A DNA stretch of 64,000 nucleotides, taken from assembly GCA_028277885.1 (NCBI GenBank), contig JANQFK010000022.1, forward strand, positions 69,909 to 133,908, read 5' to 3'. The translations under genes and the position numbers were made by a program. Below the pieces are notes generated by a model. The model was given only the letters and a program-made list of their open reading frames with translations. It was not told the DNA's origin and made no database searches. Shown in pieces: positions 33,596-41,633 of this stretch (positions are counted from its first letter, which is position 1; each line of letters opens with the position of its first letter). The stretch is from Myxococcota bacterium. Its GTDB lineage: Bacteria > Myxococcota_A > UBA9160 > UBA6930.

Positions 33596-35560
33596 GTGAC
33601 GTCGAGGTGGAGCGCGCTGCGGCCCGGCGCCCTGCGGCTGGCCCTGCTGCTGGCAGCCGTCTGCGCGATCGGCGGCGTGCGGGGCTGGCAGCTCGCCCGC
33701 GACCCGGCGGTCTCGTTCCTCGTGGACGGCGACTCGGCGCGCTGGATCACCTTCGACAAGCCCTTCAGCCTGATCGCCAACCGGCGCGTCGAGACCCTCA
33801 CGAGCTTCCGCCGCGGCTTCACCACCTCCTCCGAGGTCCGGGAGCCCGACCTCGTGATCCGCGCCATGCGCCGGTTCCGCGTCTACCTGGACGGCCGGCC
33901 CGTGGGCGCCGGCGGCGGACTCGACGACGGGGGCACGAGCTGGAAGCAGCCCACACGCCTGCGGCTCGGCGCGCCGCTCGCACCCGGACGGCACGTGCTC
34001 ACGGTCGTGGTCGAGAACCGCTACGGACCGCCCGCCCTGGCCGCCCACAGCGAGGCCCTCGGCCTGGGCACGGACGCCCGCTGGGAGGCCTCGCGCGCGC
34101 CGGGCCGCTGGTCCGCCGCGCGCCCGGCCGGGGCGCCTCCGCCCGAGCTGCCGCTGCGCGAGCTGCCGGGCCTGGCGCCCTCCCTCGCCGGGGTGGCGCC
34201 CTGGCTGCTGCCGCCCTTCCTCGCGGTCCTCGCCTGGAGCGGCCTGGGCGCGGCGCGGCCGCGCTGGATCCCCGCGCCACCGACGCCCTCCCGGCTCCGC
34301 TGGCTGCTGATCGCCGCCTGGATCGCCCTCGCGCTCAACAACCTCGGGAAGATCGGGAACGACATCGGCTTCGACGTCGGGGCCCACGTGCAGTACCTGC
34401 GCTGGCTGGTGCAGCGTCGCTCGCTGCCCCTGGCCACCGACGGCTGGCAGATGTTCCAGGCGCCCGCCTACTACCTGGTCTCGGCGCCGCTGATGGCGCT
34501 GCTCTCGCGCCTGGCCGAGCCCGACACGGTGCTGCGGGCGATCCGCGTGGTGCCCCTGGCCTGCGGCGTCGGCCAGATCGAGATCCTGCATCGCGTGGCG
34601 CGCCGGGTGTTCGCCGACCGCCCGGACCTGCAGCGGATCGTGCTCGTGGTGGGCGGCCTGATGCCCATGCACCTCTACATCTCCCAGGTGCTCGGCAACG
34701 AGCCGATGGCGGGCCTGCTCACCGCCCTGCTGATCCTGCTGCTGGTGCGGCTCCTCGACGCGCCCCGGGCGCTGGCCGGCTGGCGGGAGTGCGCGGCGAT
34801 CGGCGTGGTCTGGGGCGCGGCGCTGCTCACCAAGGCGAGCGCGGCGCTGATGGCGCCCGCGCTGCTGGTGGCCGCGCTGGCCCACGGCGCGGCCACCAGG
34901 GCCGCGCTGCGCCCGTGGCTGGCGAGGGCCGGGCTCGTGCTCGCCTGCGCGCTCGCGGTGGGCGGCTGGTTCTACGTCCGCAACTGGATCGCGCTGGGGC
35001 AGCCCTTCGTGGGAGGCTGGGATCCGATCCGCGAGATCGAGTGGTGGCAGGACCCGGGGTACCGGACCTGGGGCCAGCTGCTCTCCTTCGGGGCGGCCCT
35101 CGAGCGGCCCGTCTACGCCGGGGTGCACGGCTGGTGGGATGCGCTCCACTCGACGCTCTGGCTCGACGGGTTCCTGAGCGGCGGGTTCACGCCGCGCTAC
35201 TACCCGCCCTGGAACCTCGAGTTCATGCTCGCGGGCTCGGTGCTGGCCCTGGCGCCGGCGGCCCTGATCCTGTGCGGGGCATGGCGCGTGGCGGTGAGCG
35301 ACTCCGCCGAGCCGCGCTGGCCCCTGCGCCTCGCGGCCGTGTGCCTGGCCACCTACCTGGCCGTCATGCTCGACCTCTACGTGCGGCTGCCCATCTACGG
35401 CACCGGCAAGGCGACCTACCTGCTGGGCCTGCTGCCCTGCTTCGGCCTGCTGGCCGCCGCCGGCTTCGAGGTGCTGGCGCGCTGGCGGGCGACCCGCGCG
35501 CTCGGCAGCGCGCTCCTCGCGTGCTGGGCGCTGGCCGCCTTCGTGGCCTACTGGGCCTGA
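33596..35560 (+). CDS. Multi-pass GT-C-fold (GT39/ArnT-like) membrane glycosyltransferase with N-terminal extracytoplasmic domain
   Basis: 654-aa ORF with a GTG start. There are about 10 or more hydrophobic helices. The loop GFDVGAHVQYLRWLVQRRSLPLATDGWQMFQAPAYY is typical of GT39/PMT_2-like proteins. Confidence 0.65.
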   Translation: MTSRWSALRPGALRLALLLAAVCAIGGVRGWQLARDPAVSFLVDGDSARWITFDKPFSLIANRRVETLTSFRRGFTTSSEVREPDLVIRAMRRFRVYLDGRPVGAGGGLDDGGTSWKQPTRLRLGAPLAPGRHVLTVVVENRYGPPALAAHSEALGLGTDARWEASRAPGRWSAARPAGAPPPELPLRELPGLAPSLAGVAPWLLPPFLAVLAWSGLGAARPRWIPAPPTPSRLRWLLIAAWIALALNNLGKIGNDIGFDVGAHVQYLRWLVQRRSLPLATDGWQMFQAPAYYLVSAPLMALLSRLAEPDTVLRAIRVVPLACGVGQIEILHRVARRVFADRPDLQRIVLVVGGLMPMHLYISQVLGNEPMAGLLTALLILLLVRLLDAPRALAGWRECAAIGVVWGAALLTKASAALMAPALLVAALAHGAATRAALRPWLARAGLVLACALAVGGWFYVRNWIALGQPFVGGWDPIREIEWWQDPGYRTWGQLLSFGAALERPVYAGVHGWWDALHSTLWLDGFLSGGFTPRYYPPWNLEFMLAGSVLALAPAALILCGAWRVAVSDSAEPRWPLRLAAVCLATYLAVMLDLYVRLPIYGTGKATYLLGLLPCFGLLAAAGFEVLARWRATRALGSALLACWALAAFVAYWA

Positions 35561-37251
35561 GGCGTCCCGGCGCCGGCCGGCGGCGCCTCGGCGGCGAGCG
35601 AGGGATCGAGCGCGAGCGCGCGGGAGCGCGCCGAGCGGGCGGCCTCTCCCTCGCCGGCGGCGGCCAGCAGGCGAGCCAGGCCGAGGTGCACCCGCGCCCA
35701 GCGCTCCGGCGCCACGTCTCCCGGGCGGGGCTGCGCCACGGCGCGCTCGAGCTCGGCCCGCGCCTCCCGGGGACGCCCGCTGCGAGCCAGAGCCAGGCCC
35801 AGGTTGGCGCGGGCGCGGGCGTTGCCGGGCTCCGTCGTCAGGATCGCACGGTAGTCGGCGATGGCCTCCTCGACGCGGCCCACGCGCATGCGGCCCTTGG
35901 CGCGCATCAGGCGCGCGGGCGTCCAGGAGGGCTCGAGCCGGATCGCCTCGTCGAGGTGGGCGAGGGCCTCCTCGGTGCGGCCGGCGCTCACCAGGGCGCC
36001 CGCGAGACCGGCCTCGAGGACGGCGTCCGGGGGCCGCACCGCCACGGCGTGGGAGCGCAGCGTCACCGAGTCGCGCCACACGGCGACCTGGCGGTGGGCC
36101 GTCAGCCCGAGCGCGAGAAGCACGACCGCCGCCACCCCGGCGAGGGCCAGCCGGCGCTCGCGGCGTGCGCCCGCGGCCTCCCGCGCCGCCCAGGCGACCG
36201 CGATCGCGATCCCCACCATCGGCAGGTAGGTGTAGCGGTCGGCGCGGGCCTGGCTCCCGACCTGCACGAGGCCGATCACCGGCACCAGGGTGCCGAGGTA
36301 CCAGAGCCAGCCCACCAGGCCCCAGGGCCGGCGACGCGCCTGGTGGAGCGCCAGCCCGGTGAGGGCGAGCAGGACGGCGGCCCCGACGGCGACGCGCCCG
36401 GGCGGCAGGCCGGCCTCGGGATGGGGATAGAAGTAGGCGAGCCGCGTCGGCCAGAAGGTCTGCCCGAGGTAGGCGGCGTAGCTGTCGATCGCGTTGGCGA
36501 CGCGCTGGGGGAGCGCCACGCGCTCGCCGAGCTGCATGGTGGGCTCCTGGGCGAGGAACGTGATGCCGGCGACCACGGCCACCATGCCCAGGAGCGGCAG
36601 CTTCTCGAGCACGCAGCGTCGCGCGTCGCGCCAGCGGTCGAGGGGCCAGTAGTCGAGCAGCAGCAGGACGCAGGGCAGGGTGACGGCCATCGGCTTCGAG
36701 AGCAGCGCGGCGGCCGTCGCCATGGCCACGGCGGCGTAGCGGCCCGCCGTCGGCGCCTCGGCGTAGCGCGCCCAGGCGAGCAGCGTGAGCATCCAGAACA
36801 GCCCGCAGAGCACGTCCTTGCGCTCCGTCGCCCAGGCCACGGACTCCACGTGGAGCGGGTGCAGCGCGAAGACGCCCGCCACGAAGAGGCTCGGCCCGAG
36901 GGCGCCGGTCATGCGCACCAGGGCGAGCAGCAGGGCCAGGGCGGCCAGGGCGTGGATGGCGACGTTGGTGAGCAGGATGCCCGGCGCGTCGAGCCCGTGG
37001 GCGGAGACGTTCGCCATCAGGGAGAGCACGGTGAGCGGGATCCAGTTGCCCCAGTGCGGCGTGCCCGTCCACGCCTCGCGAACGCCCTCGGCGGTGAGCC
37101 CCCCGACCACGACCGGGTTCGTGGTGATGAGGGAGGGGTCGTCCCAGTCGACGAAGTCGTGGTGTCGGACCTGCGCGAAGACCAGGAGGGTGGCCACCCC
37201 CAGCGCGCCGCTCGCGAGAGCGAGCCGCCGACCCGAGACGCTGCCTGCCAC
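35548..37251 (-). CDS. PMT_2/DUF1736-type GT-C glycosyltransferase with C-terminal TPR repeats (TMTC-like)
   Basis: This is the lower part of track ORF 35548..39039(-). GTG at 37251 gives MAGSVSGRRLALASG... Motifs DFVDWDDPSLITTNP and LHPLHVESVAWATERKDVL are present, with TPRs at the C-terminus. The upper part of the ORF is antisense to the sulfatase gene. Confidence 0.8.
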   Translation of the reverse strand: MAGSVSGRRLALASGALGVATLLVFAQVRHHDFVDWDDPSLITTNPVVVGGLTAEGVREAWTGTPHWGNWIPLTVLSLMANVSAHGLDAPGILLTNVAIHALAALALLLALVRMTGALGPSLFVAGVFALHPLHVESVAWATERKDVLCGLFWMLTLLAWARYAEAPTAGRYAAVAMATAAALLSKPMAVTLPCVLLLLDYWPLDRWRDARRCVLEKLPLLGMVAVVAGITFLAQEPTMQLGERVALPQRVANAIDSYAAYLGQTFWPTRLAYFYPHPEAGLPPGRVAVGAAVLLALTGLALHQARRRPWGLVGWLWYLGTLVPVIGLVQVGSQARADRYTYLPMVGIAIAVAWAAREAAGARRERRLALAGVAAVVLLALGLTAHRQVAVWRDSVTLRSHAVAVRPPDAVLEAGLAGALVSAGRTEEALAHLDEAIRLEPSWTPARLMRAKGRMRVGRVEEAIADYRAILTTEPGNARARANLGLALARSGRPREARAELERAVAQPRPGDVAPERWARVHLGLARLLAAAGEGEAARSARSRALALDPSLAAEAPPAGAGTPQAQ

Positions 37252-37347
37252 GGCGCCTTGGTAGCCCAGCGGCGAGCCGCGGGGCCAACGCGTGTGGACT
37301 CGGGCCCGGGCCGCCGATATGCTCGCCCGACTCCGGGCGAAGCCGTC

Positions 37348-39036
37348 GTGCGCGGTCGCGAGGGGCGACCGCGGTCGGCGCCTCCGGGAGCCCGTCGGAA
37401 GCGAGGCACGCCCGTCTTGGCCTGGAACGCGCTCCTGGCGGTCTGGATCGGCCTCGCGCTCCTGGCGTGCGGCGCCCCGGCTCCCGCCGGCCCGCCGAAC
37501 GTCGTGCTCGTGCTCGCGGACGACGTGGGCTACGGGGACGTCCGGGCCTACAACCCCGACTCGAAGGTCGAGCTGCCGACCCTCGAGGCGTTGGCGCGGC
37601 GCGGCATGGTGTTCACCGACGCCCACGCGCCCGCGACGGTGTGCGCGCCCACCCGCTACAGCGTGCTGACGGGCAACTACCCCTGGCGCGGAAGGCTTCC
37701 CTGGGGCACCTGGCGCTACAACCACGAGAGCCAGGTCCTCGACGGGCAGCGGACCCTCGGCGACCTGATGCAGCGGGCCGGCTACGAGACCGCGCTGATC
37801 GGGAAGTTCCAGCTCGGCGGCCACTTCCACGACCGCGAGGACCCCGACGCCTTCGCGCTGGCGGAGGAGGACCCCGCGCGGATCGACTTCGCCCGGCGCT
37901 TCCGGCGCGGCCCCCTCGATCTCGGCTTCGACCACTCCTTCATCCTGCCCGTGGGCATCCAGCTCGAGCCCTACGCGTACTTCGAGGACGACCGGCTGGT
38001 CGGCGACCCCGAGGACCTGACCGTGCTGCCGAGCGGCGAGGTCGCCATGCCGGGCTGGGACCCGGCCGCCGTCGGGCCGGAGCTCACCCGGAGGGCGCTC
38101 GACTTCCTCGACGCGCGCTTCGCGAGGCGGGCGGGCGGCGAGCCGCGGCGGCCCTTCTTCCTCTACTACTGCTCCCAGGCGATCCACGTGCCGATCCGGC
38201 CGGCGGCCGAGATCCAGGGCACCCCGGTGCGGGGCCGGACCTTCCACCCGGTGGGCGACTTCCTCTACGAGCTCGACGTGACCCTCGGGAAGATCCTCGA
38301 GAAGCTCGAGGAGCAGGGCGAGCGCTCCAACACCCTCGTGCTCGTCACCAGCGACAACGGCGCCTTTCCCCACGCCGACCTGATCCGGAAGGGGCACGAG
38401 CCCAACGCGCCCCTGGTCGGCGACAAGGGCCACATCTGGGAGGGAGGGCATCGCGTGCCGCTGATCGCGGCCTGGCCGGGGAACCGCGGCGCGCCGGGCA
38501 TCCGCCCGGGCTCGTCGAGCGACGCCCTGGTCGGGCTCCAGGACGTGTACGCCACCCTCGCCGAGCTGGTCGGGGTGCCGCTCGACCCGGACGAGGCCCT
38601 CGACAGCCGGAGCTTCCTGCCGGTTCTGCGCGGCGAGACGGGCGAGGCGCGGCGCAGCCTGCTCGTGCAGGGCTTCTTCGTGCCGATCCGGGACCGCTCG
38701 ACCCGGCTGCGCGTCCTCGAGAACCCCATCCGCGACGCCGTGCCGGTCCACATGCTGCGCGACGGACCCTGGAAGCTCATCGTGGGCTGGCGCTGGAACA
38801 CGGGGGAGACCGCGCAGCGGGGCCGCCCCCTCGGCCTGTTCGACCTCGCCGGCGACCCGCGCGAGGAGCGCAACCTCGTCCGCGCCGCGCAGCACCGCGC
38901 CCGGGTGCAGCGCATGCTGGCGGAGTACCGCGAGGTGCTCGCCTCGGAGCGGACCGTCCGGCGGGAGCCCTCGCCCGGCGCGGGGGAGGCCTCGCCGCCC
39001 CGGGAGCCCGCCGCGGCGCCTCCCGGGCCCGCGTGA
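37348..39036 (+). CDS. Arylsulfatase-family (Cys-type) sulfatase, secreted
   Basis: Motifs NVVLVLADDVGYGD and the sulfatase signature CAPTRYSVLTG are present, with a signal peptide (LLAVWIGLALLAC). Start is either GTG 37348 or TTG 37417. Confidence 0.85.
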   Translation: MRGREGRPRSAPPGARRKRGTPVLAWNALLAVWIGLALLACGAPAPAGPPNVVLVLADDVGYGDVRAYNPDSKVELPTLEALARRGMVFTDAHAPATVCAPTRYSVLTGNYPWRGRLPWGTWRYNHESQVLDGQRTLGDLMQRAGYETALIGKFQLGGHFHDREDPDAFALAEEDPARIDFARRFRRGPLDLGFDHSFILPVGIQLEPYAYFEDDRLVGDPEDLTVLPSGEVAMPGWDPAAVGPELTRRALDFLDARFARRAGGEPRRPFFLYYCSQAIHVPIRPAAEIQGTPVRGRTFHPVGDFLYELDVTLGKILEKLEEQGERSNTLVLVTSDNGAFPHADLIRKGHEPNAPLVGDKGHIWEGGHRVPLIAAWPGNRGAPGIRPGSSSDALVGLQDVYATLAELVGVPLDPDEALDSRSFLPVLRGETGEARRSLLVQGFFVPIRDRSTRLRVLENPIRDAVPVHMLRDGPWKLIVGWRWNTGETAQRGRPLGLFDLAGDPREERNLVRAAQHRARVQRMLAEYREVLASERTVRREPSPGAGEASPPREPAAAPPGPA

Positions 39037-39072
39037 CAACTCGGGCCGCCCGGGCTAACCCCTCACGCAGGT

Positions 39073-39149
39073 CGGGCCGTAGCGCAGCTTGGTAGCGCGC
39101 CTGAATGGGGTTCAGGAGGTCGGGAGTTCGAATCTCCCCGGCCCGACCA
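39073..39149 (+). tRNA. tRNA-Pro (anticodon GGG), CCA encoded
   Basis: Folded by hand. Acceptor stem CGGGCCG/CGGCCCG; anticodon stem CCTGA/TCAGG with loop ATGGGGT; T arm GGGAG-TTCGAAT-CTCCC; 3' end ACCA. 77 nt. Confidence 0.9.
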
Positions 39150-39167
39150 GCTCCGCGCCGTCCTCGC

Positions 39168-39566
39168 CTACTCCGGGAAGGCGCCGATCGCTCCTCCGAT
39201 CAGCAGGATCAGTCCGATCGGGAACGAGAGCACCACGCCGGGCCCGCGCTTCGCCGGATCGGCGACGTAGAGCCGCGAGTAGACCGCGCTGCCCTCGATG
39301 AAGACCACGCCCACGGCGGCCGCGATGGGGTCGCTCACGAAGAGGGCGAACAGGAACAGAGCTGGCAGGAAGATCACGAGGTTCTCGAGGCTGTTCTGGT
39401 GCACCCGGTGGAGGCGCTCGAAGGTCGGGTGGCCGCTGACGGCCGGGGCCTCCAGCCCGTACTTGGCGCGGCCCTGGCCCACTTGGAAGCCGAACCAGAG
39501 GTGCAGCAGACCCCCGAACTTCGCACTGGACGGGATGCGGAGCAGGATGGACCGGGTGCGACGCAA
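39168..39566 (-). CDS. MAPEG-family small membrane protein
   Basis: This is the last ~132 codons of the 2559-aa minus-strand track ORF. The motif FERLHRVHQNSLENLVIFLPALFLFAL is MAPEG-like. The TTG start at 39566 is a guess. Confidence 0.55.
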   Translation of the reverse strand: MRRTRSILLRIPSSAKFGGLLHLWFGFQVGQGRAKYGLEAPAVSGHPTFERLHRVHQNSLENLVIFLPALFLFALFVSDPIAAAVGVVFIEGSAVYSRLYVADPAKRGPGVVLSFPIGLILLIGGAIGAFPE

Positions 39567-39620
39567 GGGTCCCCGCCTTGAGGCCCACCCACGGGCTCGG
39601 GCCGCCGCTGCCTGGGCTCC

Positions 39621-41597
39621 GTGCAGCGCCTGCCTCGCAGCCGGGCAGGGCGGGGGCCGGAAGCCATCCAGGAGCGTGCCGAAGTCGGCAGGCTTCTTGC
39701 TTCGGGTGGCGTCCCGACGGGGCCCTCCGCGCCCCGAGCCACGAGGTGCGCCTTGCCGCAGCCGCGAACGTCGCCCGTCGAGCACTTCCTCGGGGACCTG
39801 CACCGGCGCTTCGCCGGGCTCGAGGACGGGGAGGTCGCGGACTACATCCCGGAGCTCGCCAAGGCCGATCCGCGCTGGTTCGGGATCTGCCTGGCCACCG
39901 TGGACGGCCACGTCTACGAGGTGGGCGACACCCGCCAGCCCTTCACGATCCAGTCGATCTCGAAGCCCTTCGTGTACGGGCTCGCCCTGGAGGACCGGGG
40001 TCGCGGCGAGGTGCTGAGGCGAGTGGGGGTCGAGCCCACGGGCGACGCCTTCAACGAGATCAGCCTCGAGGCGGGCTCGGGCCGGCCCCTCAACCCCATG
40101 ATCAACGCCGGGGCCATCACCTCCACCTCGCTGGTGAAGGGCCGCTCGCCCCAGGACCGCTGGAGCCGGATCCTGGCGCTCTTCTCCATGTACGCCGGCC
40201 GCGGGCTCGCGCTGAACGAGCTGGTGTACCGCTCCGAGCGGGACACGGGGCACCGCAACCGCGCGATCAGCCACATGTTGCGCAACTTCGGCATCCTCGA
40301 GGAGGATCCCGAGCCGCCCCTGGACCTCTACTTCCGACAGTGCTCCATCGAGGTGAGCTGCCGCGACCTCAGCATCATGGCGGCCACCCTCGCCACGGGC
40401 GGCCTCAACCCGGTGACCCGCGAGCGGGCCCTCGACCCCGGCAACGTGGACGAGGTGCTGAGCCTGATGACCACCTGCGGGATGTACGACTACGCGGGCG
40501 AGTGGGTCTACCGCATCGGGCTTCCCGCCAAGAGCGGCGTGGCCGGGGGCATCCTGGCGGTGCTGCCGGGGCAGCTCGGCATCGGCGTCTTCTCGCCTCC
40601 CCTCGACTCCCGGGGCAACAGCGTGCGCGGCGTCGCGGTGTGCCGCGCGCTCTCCGAGGAGATGGAGCTGCACTTCCTGCGCGCGCCGCGCGCCTCGCTC
40701 TCGACCCTGCGCACCCGCATCGCGCTGGACCGCTACCGCTCCAAGCGGATCCGCAGCGACCGCGAGCGGGCCATCCTGGCGGAGACCGGCCACCGCGCGG
40801 TGGTGCACCAGCTCCAGGGCGATCTCTCCTTCGCGGGCATGGAGGTGGCGACGCGGCGCCTGATGAGCGAGCCCCGGGACGTGTCCCACGTGGTCCTCGA
40901 CCTGACCCGGGTGAACGACGTGGACCCGCCCGCGTCGCGGATGCTGCTGGACCTGCTCGAGACCCTCACCGGGGAGGGCCGGCACCTCGCCTTCGTGGGG
41001 CTGCGCCGGCATCCCCGCCTGCGCCGGTTCCTCGACGAGCGCGGCAGCACGTCGACGGGCCGCTCCCCGGTGCAGTTCGACGAGCTGGACCTCGCCCTCG
41101 AGGCCTGCGAGGACCAGCTCCTGCTCGCCCAGGGGGTGCAGGCTGGCTACGGCGAGGAGCTGCCCCTCGAGGAGCACCAGATCCTCGCCGGCTTCGACGA
41201 GGCGGAGCTCGAGATCCTGGGCAAGCACCTGGAGCGGCGGGAGTTCGCGACCCGGAAGCTCGTGGTGCGCAAGGGCGAGCTCGCCGACGAGCTCTTCCTG
41301 CTGGTGTCCGGCGAGCTGAGCGTGCTGGCGGACACGCCGGGCGGGCGCCTGCTGCGCCTGTCGACCCTGTCGCCTGGGATGGGGTTCGGCGAGCCCTTCC
41401 TGAACCCGGACGCGACCCGGACCGCCTACGTGCGCGCCGACAGCGCCGCGGTCTGCTGGGTGCTCTCGCGCGCCGAGTTCCGGCGGCTCTCGGACCAGCA
41501 GCCGCGCCTGGCGGTCCGCCTGCTCGAGAACCTGCTCCGCTCCACCTCCCGCATCATGGAGCGGCTCAGCTTCGAGGCCGTGACGGGGGGCGCCTGA
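39621..41597 (+). CDS. Glutaminase A fused to STAS and cyclic-nucleotide-binding domains
   Basis: The glutaminase core has ADYIPELA, FTIQSISKPF and the NPMINAG-type region. It is followed by a STAS-like region (VVLDLTRVNDVDPPASRMLLDL), then a CAP_ED with an intact FGE...RTA cassette. The start may be TTG 39753. Confidence 0.85.
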   Translation: MQRLPRSRAGRGPEAIQERAEVGRLLASGGVPTGPSAPRATRCALPQPRTSPVEHFLGDLHRRFAGLEDGEVADYIPELAKADPRWFGICLATVDGHVYEVGDTRQPFTIQSISKPFVYGLALEDRGRGEVLRRVGVEPTGDAFNEISLEAGSGRPLNPMINAGAITSTSLVKGRSPQDRWSRILALFSMYAGRGLALNELVYRSERDTGHRNRAISHMLRNFGILEEDPEPPLDLYFRQCSIEVSCRDLSIMAATLATGGLNPVTRERALDPGNVDEVLSLMTTCGMYDYAGEWVYRIGLPAKSGVAGGILAVLPGQLGIGVFSPPLDSRGNSVRGVAVCRALSEEMELHFLRAPRASLSTLRTRIALDRYRSKRIRSDRERAILAETGHRAVVHQLQGDLSFAGMEVATRRLMSEPRDVSHVVLDLTRVNDVDPPASRMLLDLLETLTGEGRHLAFVGLRRHPRLRRFLDERGSTSTGRSPVQFDELDLALEACEDQLLLAQGVQAGYGEELPLEEHQILAGFDEAELEILGKHLERREFATRKLVVRKGELADELFLLVSGELSVLADTPGGRLLRLSTLSPGMGFGEPFLNPDATRTAYVRADSAAVCWVLSRAEFRRLSDQQPRLAVRLLENLLRSTSRIMERLSFEAVTGGA

Positions 41598-41633
41598 CCG
41601 GGAGCCGGCGGGGCCCGCTACGTTGCCGGGTGC

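Noticed and set aside
39073-39620. tRNA-Pro as an integration site for a genomic island (and likewise tRNA-Val at 22617)
   Set aside because: There is no integrase, no direct repeat of the tRNA 3' end downstream that I could find, and no compositional shift. The flanking genes look chromosomal.
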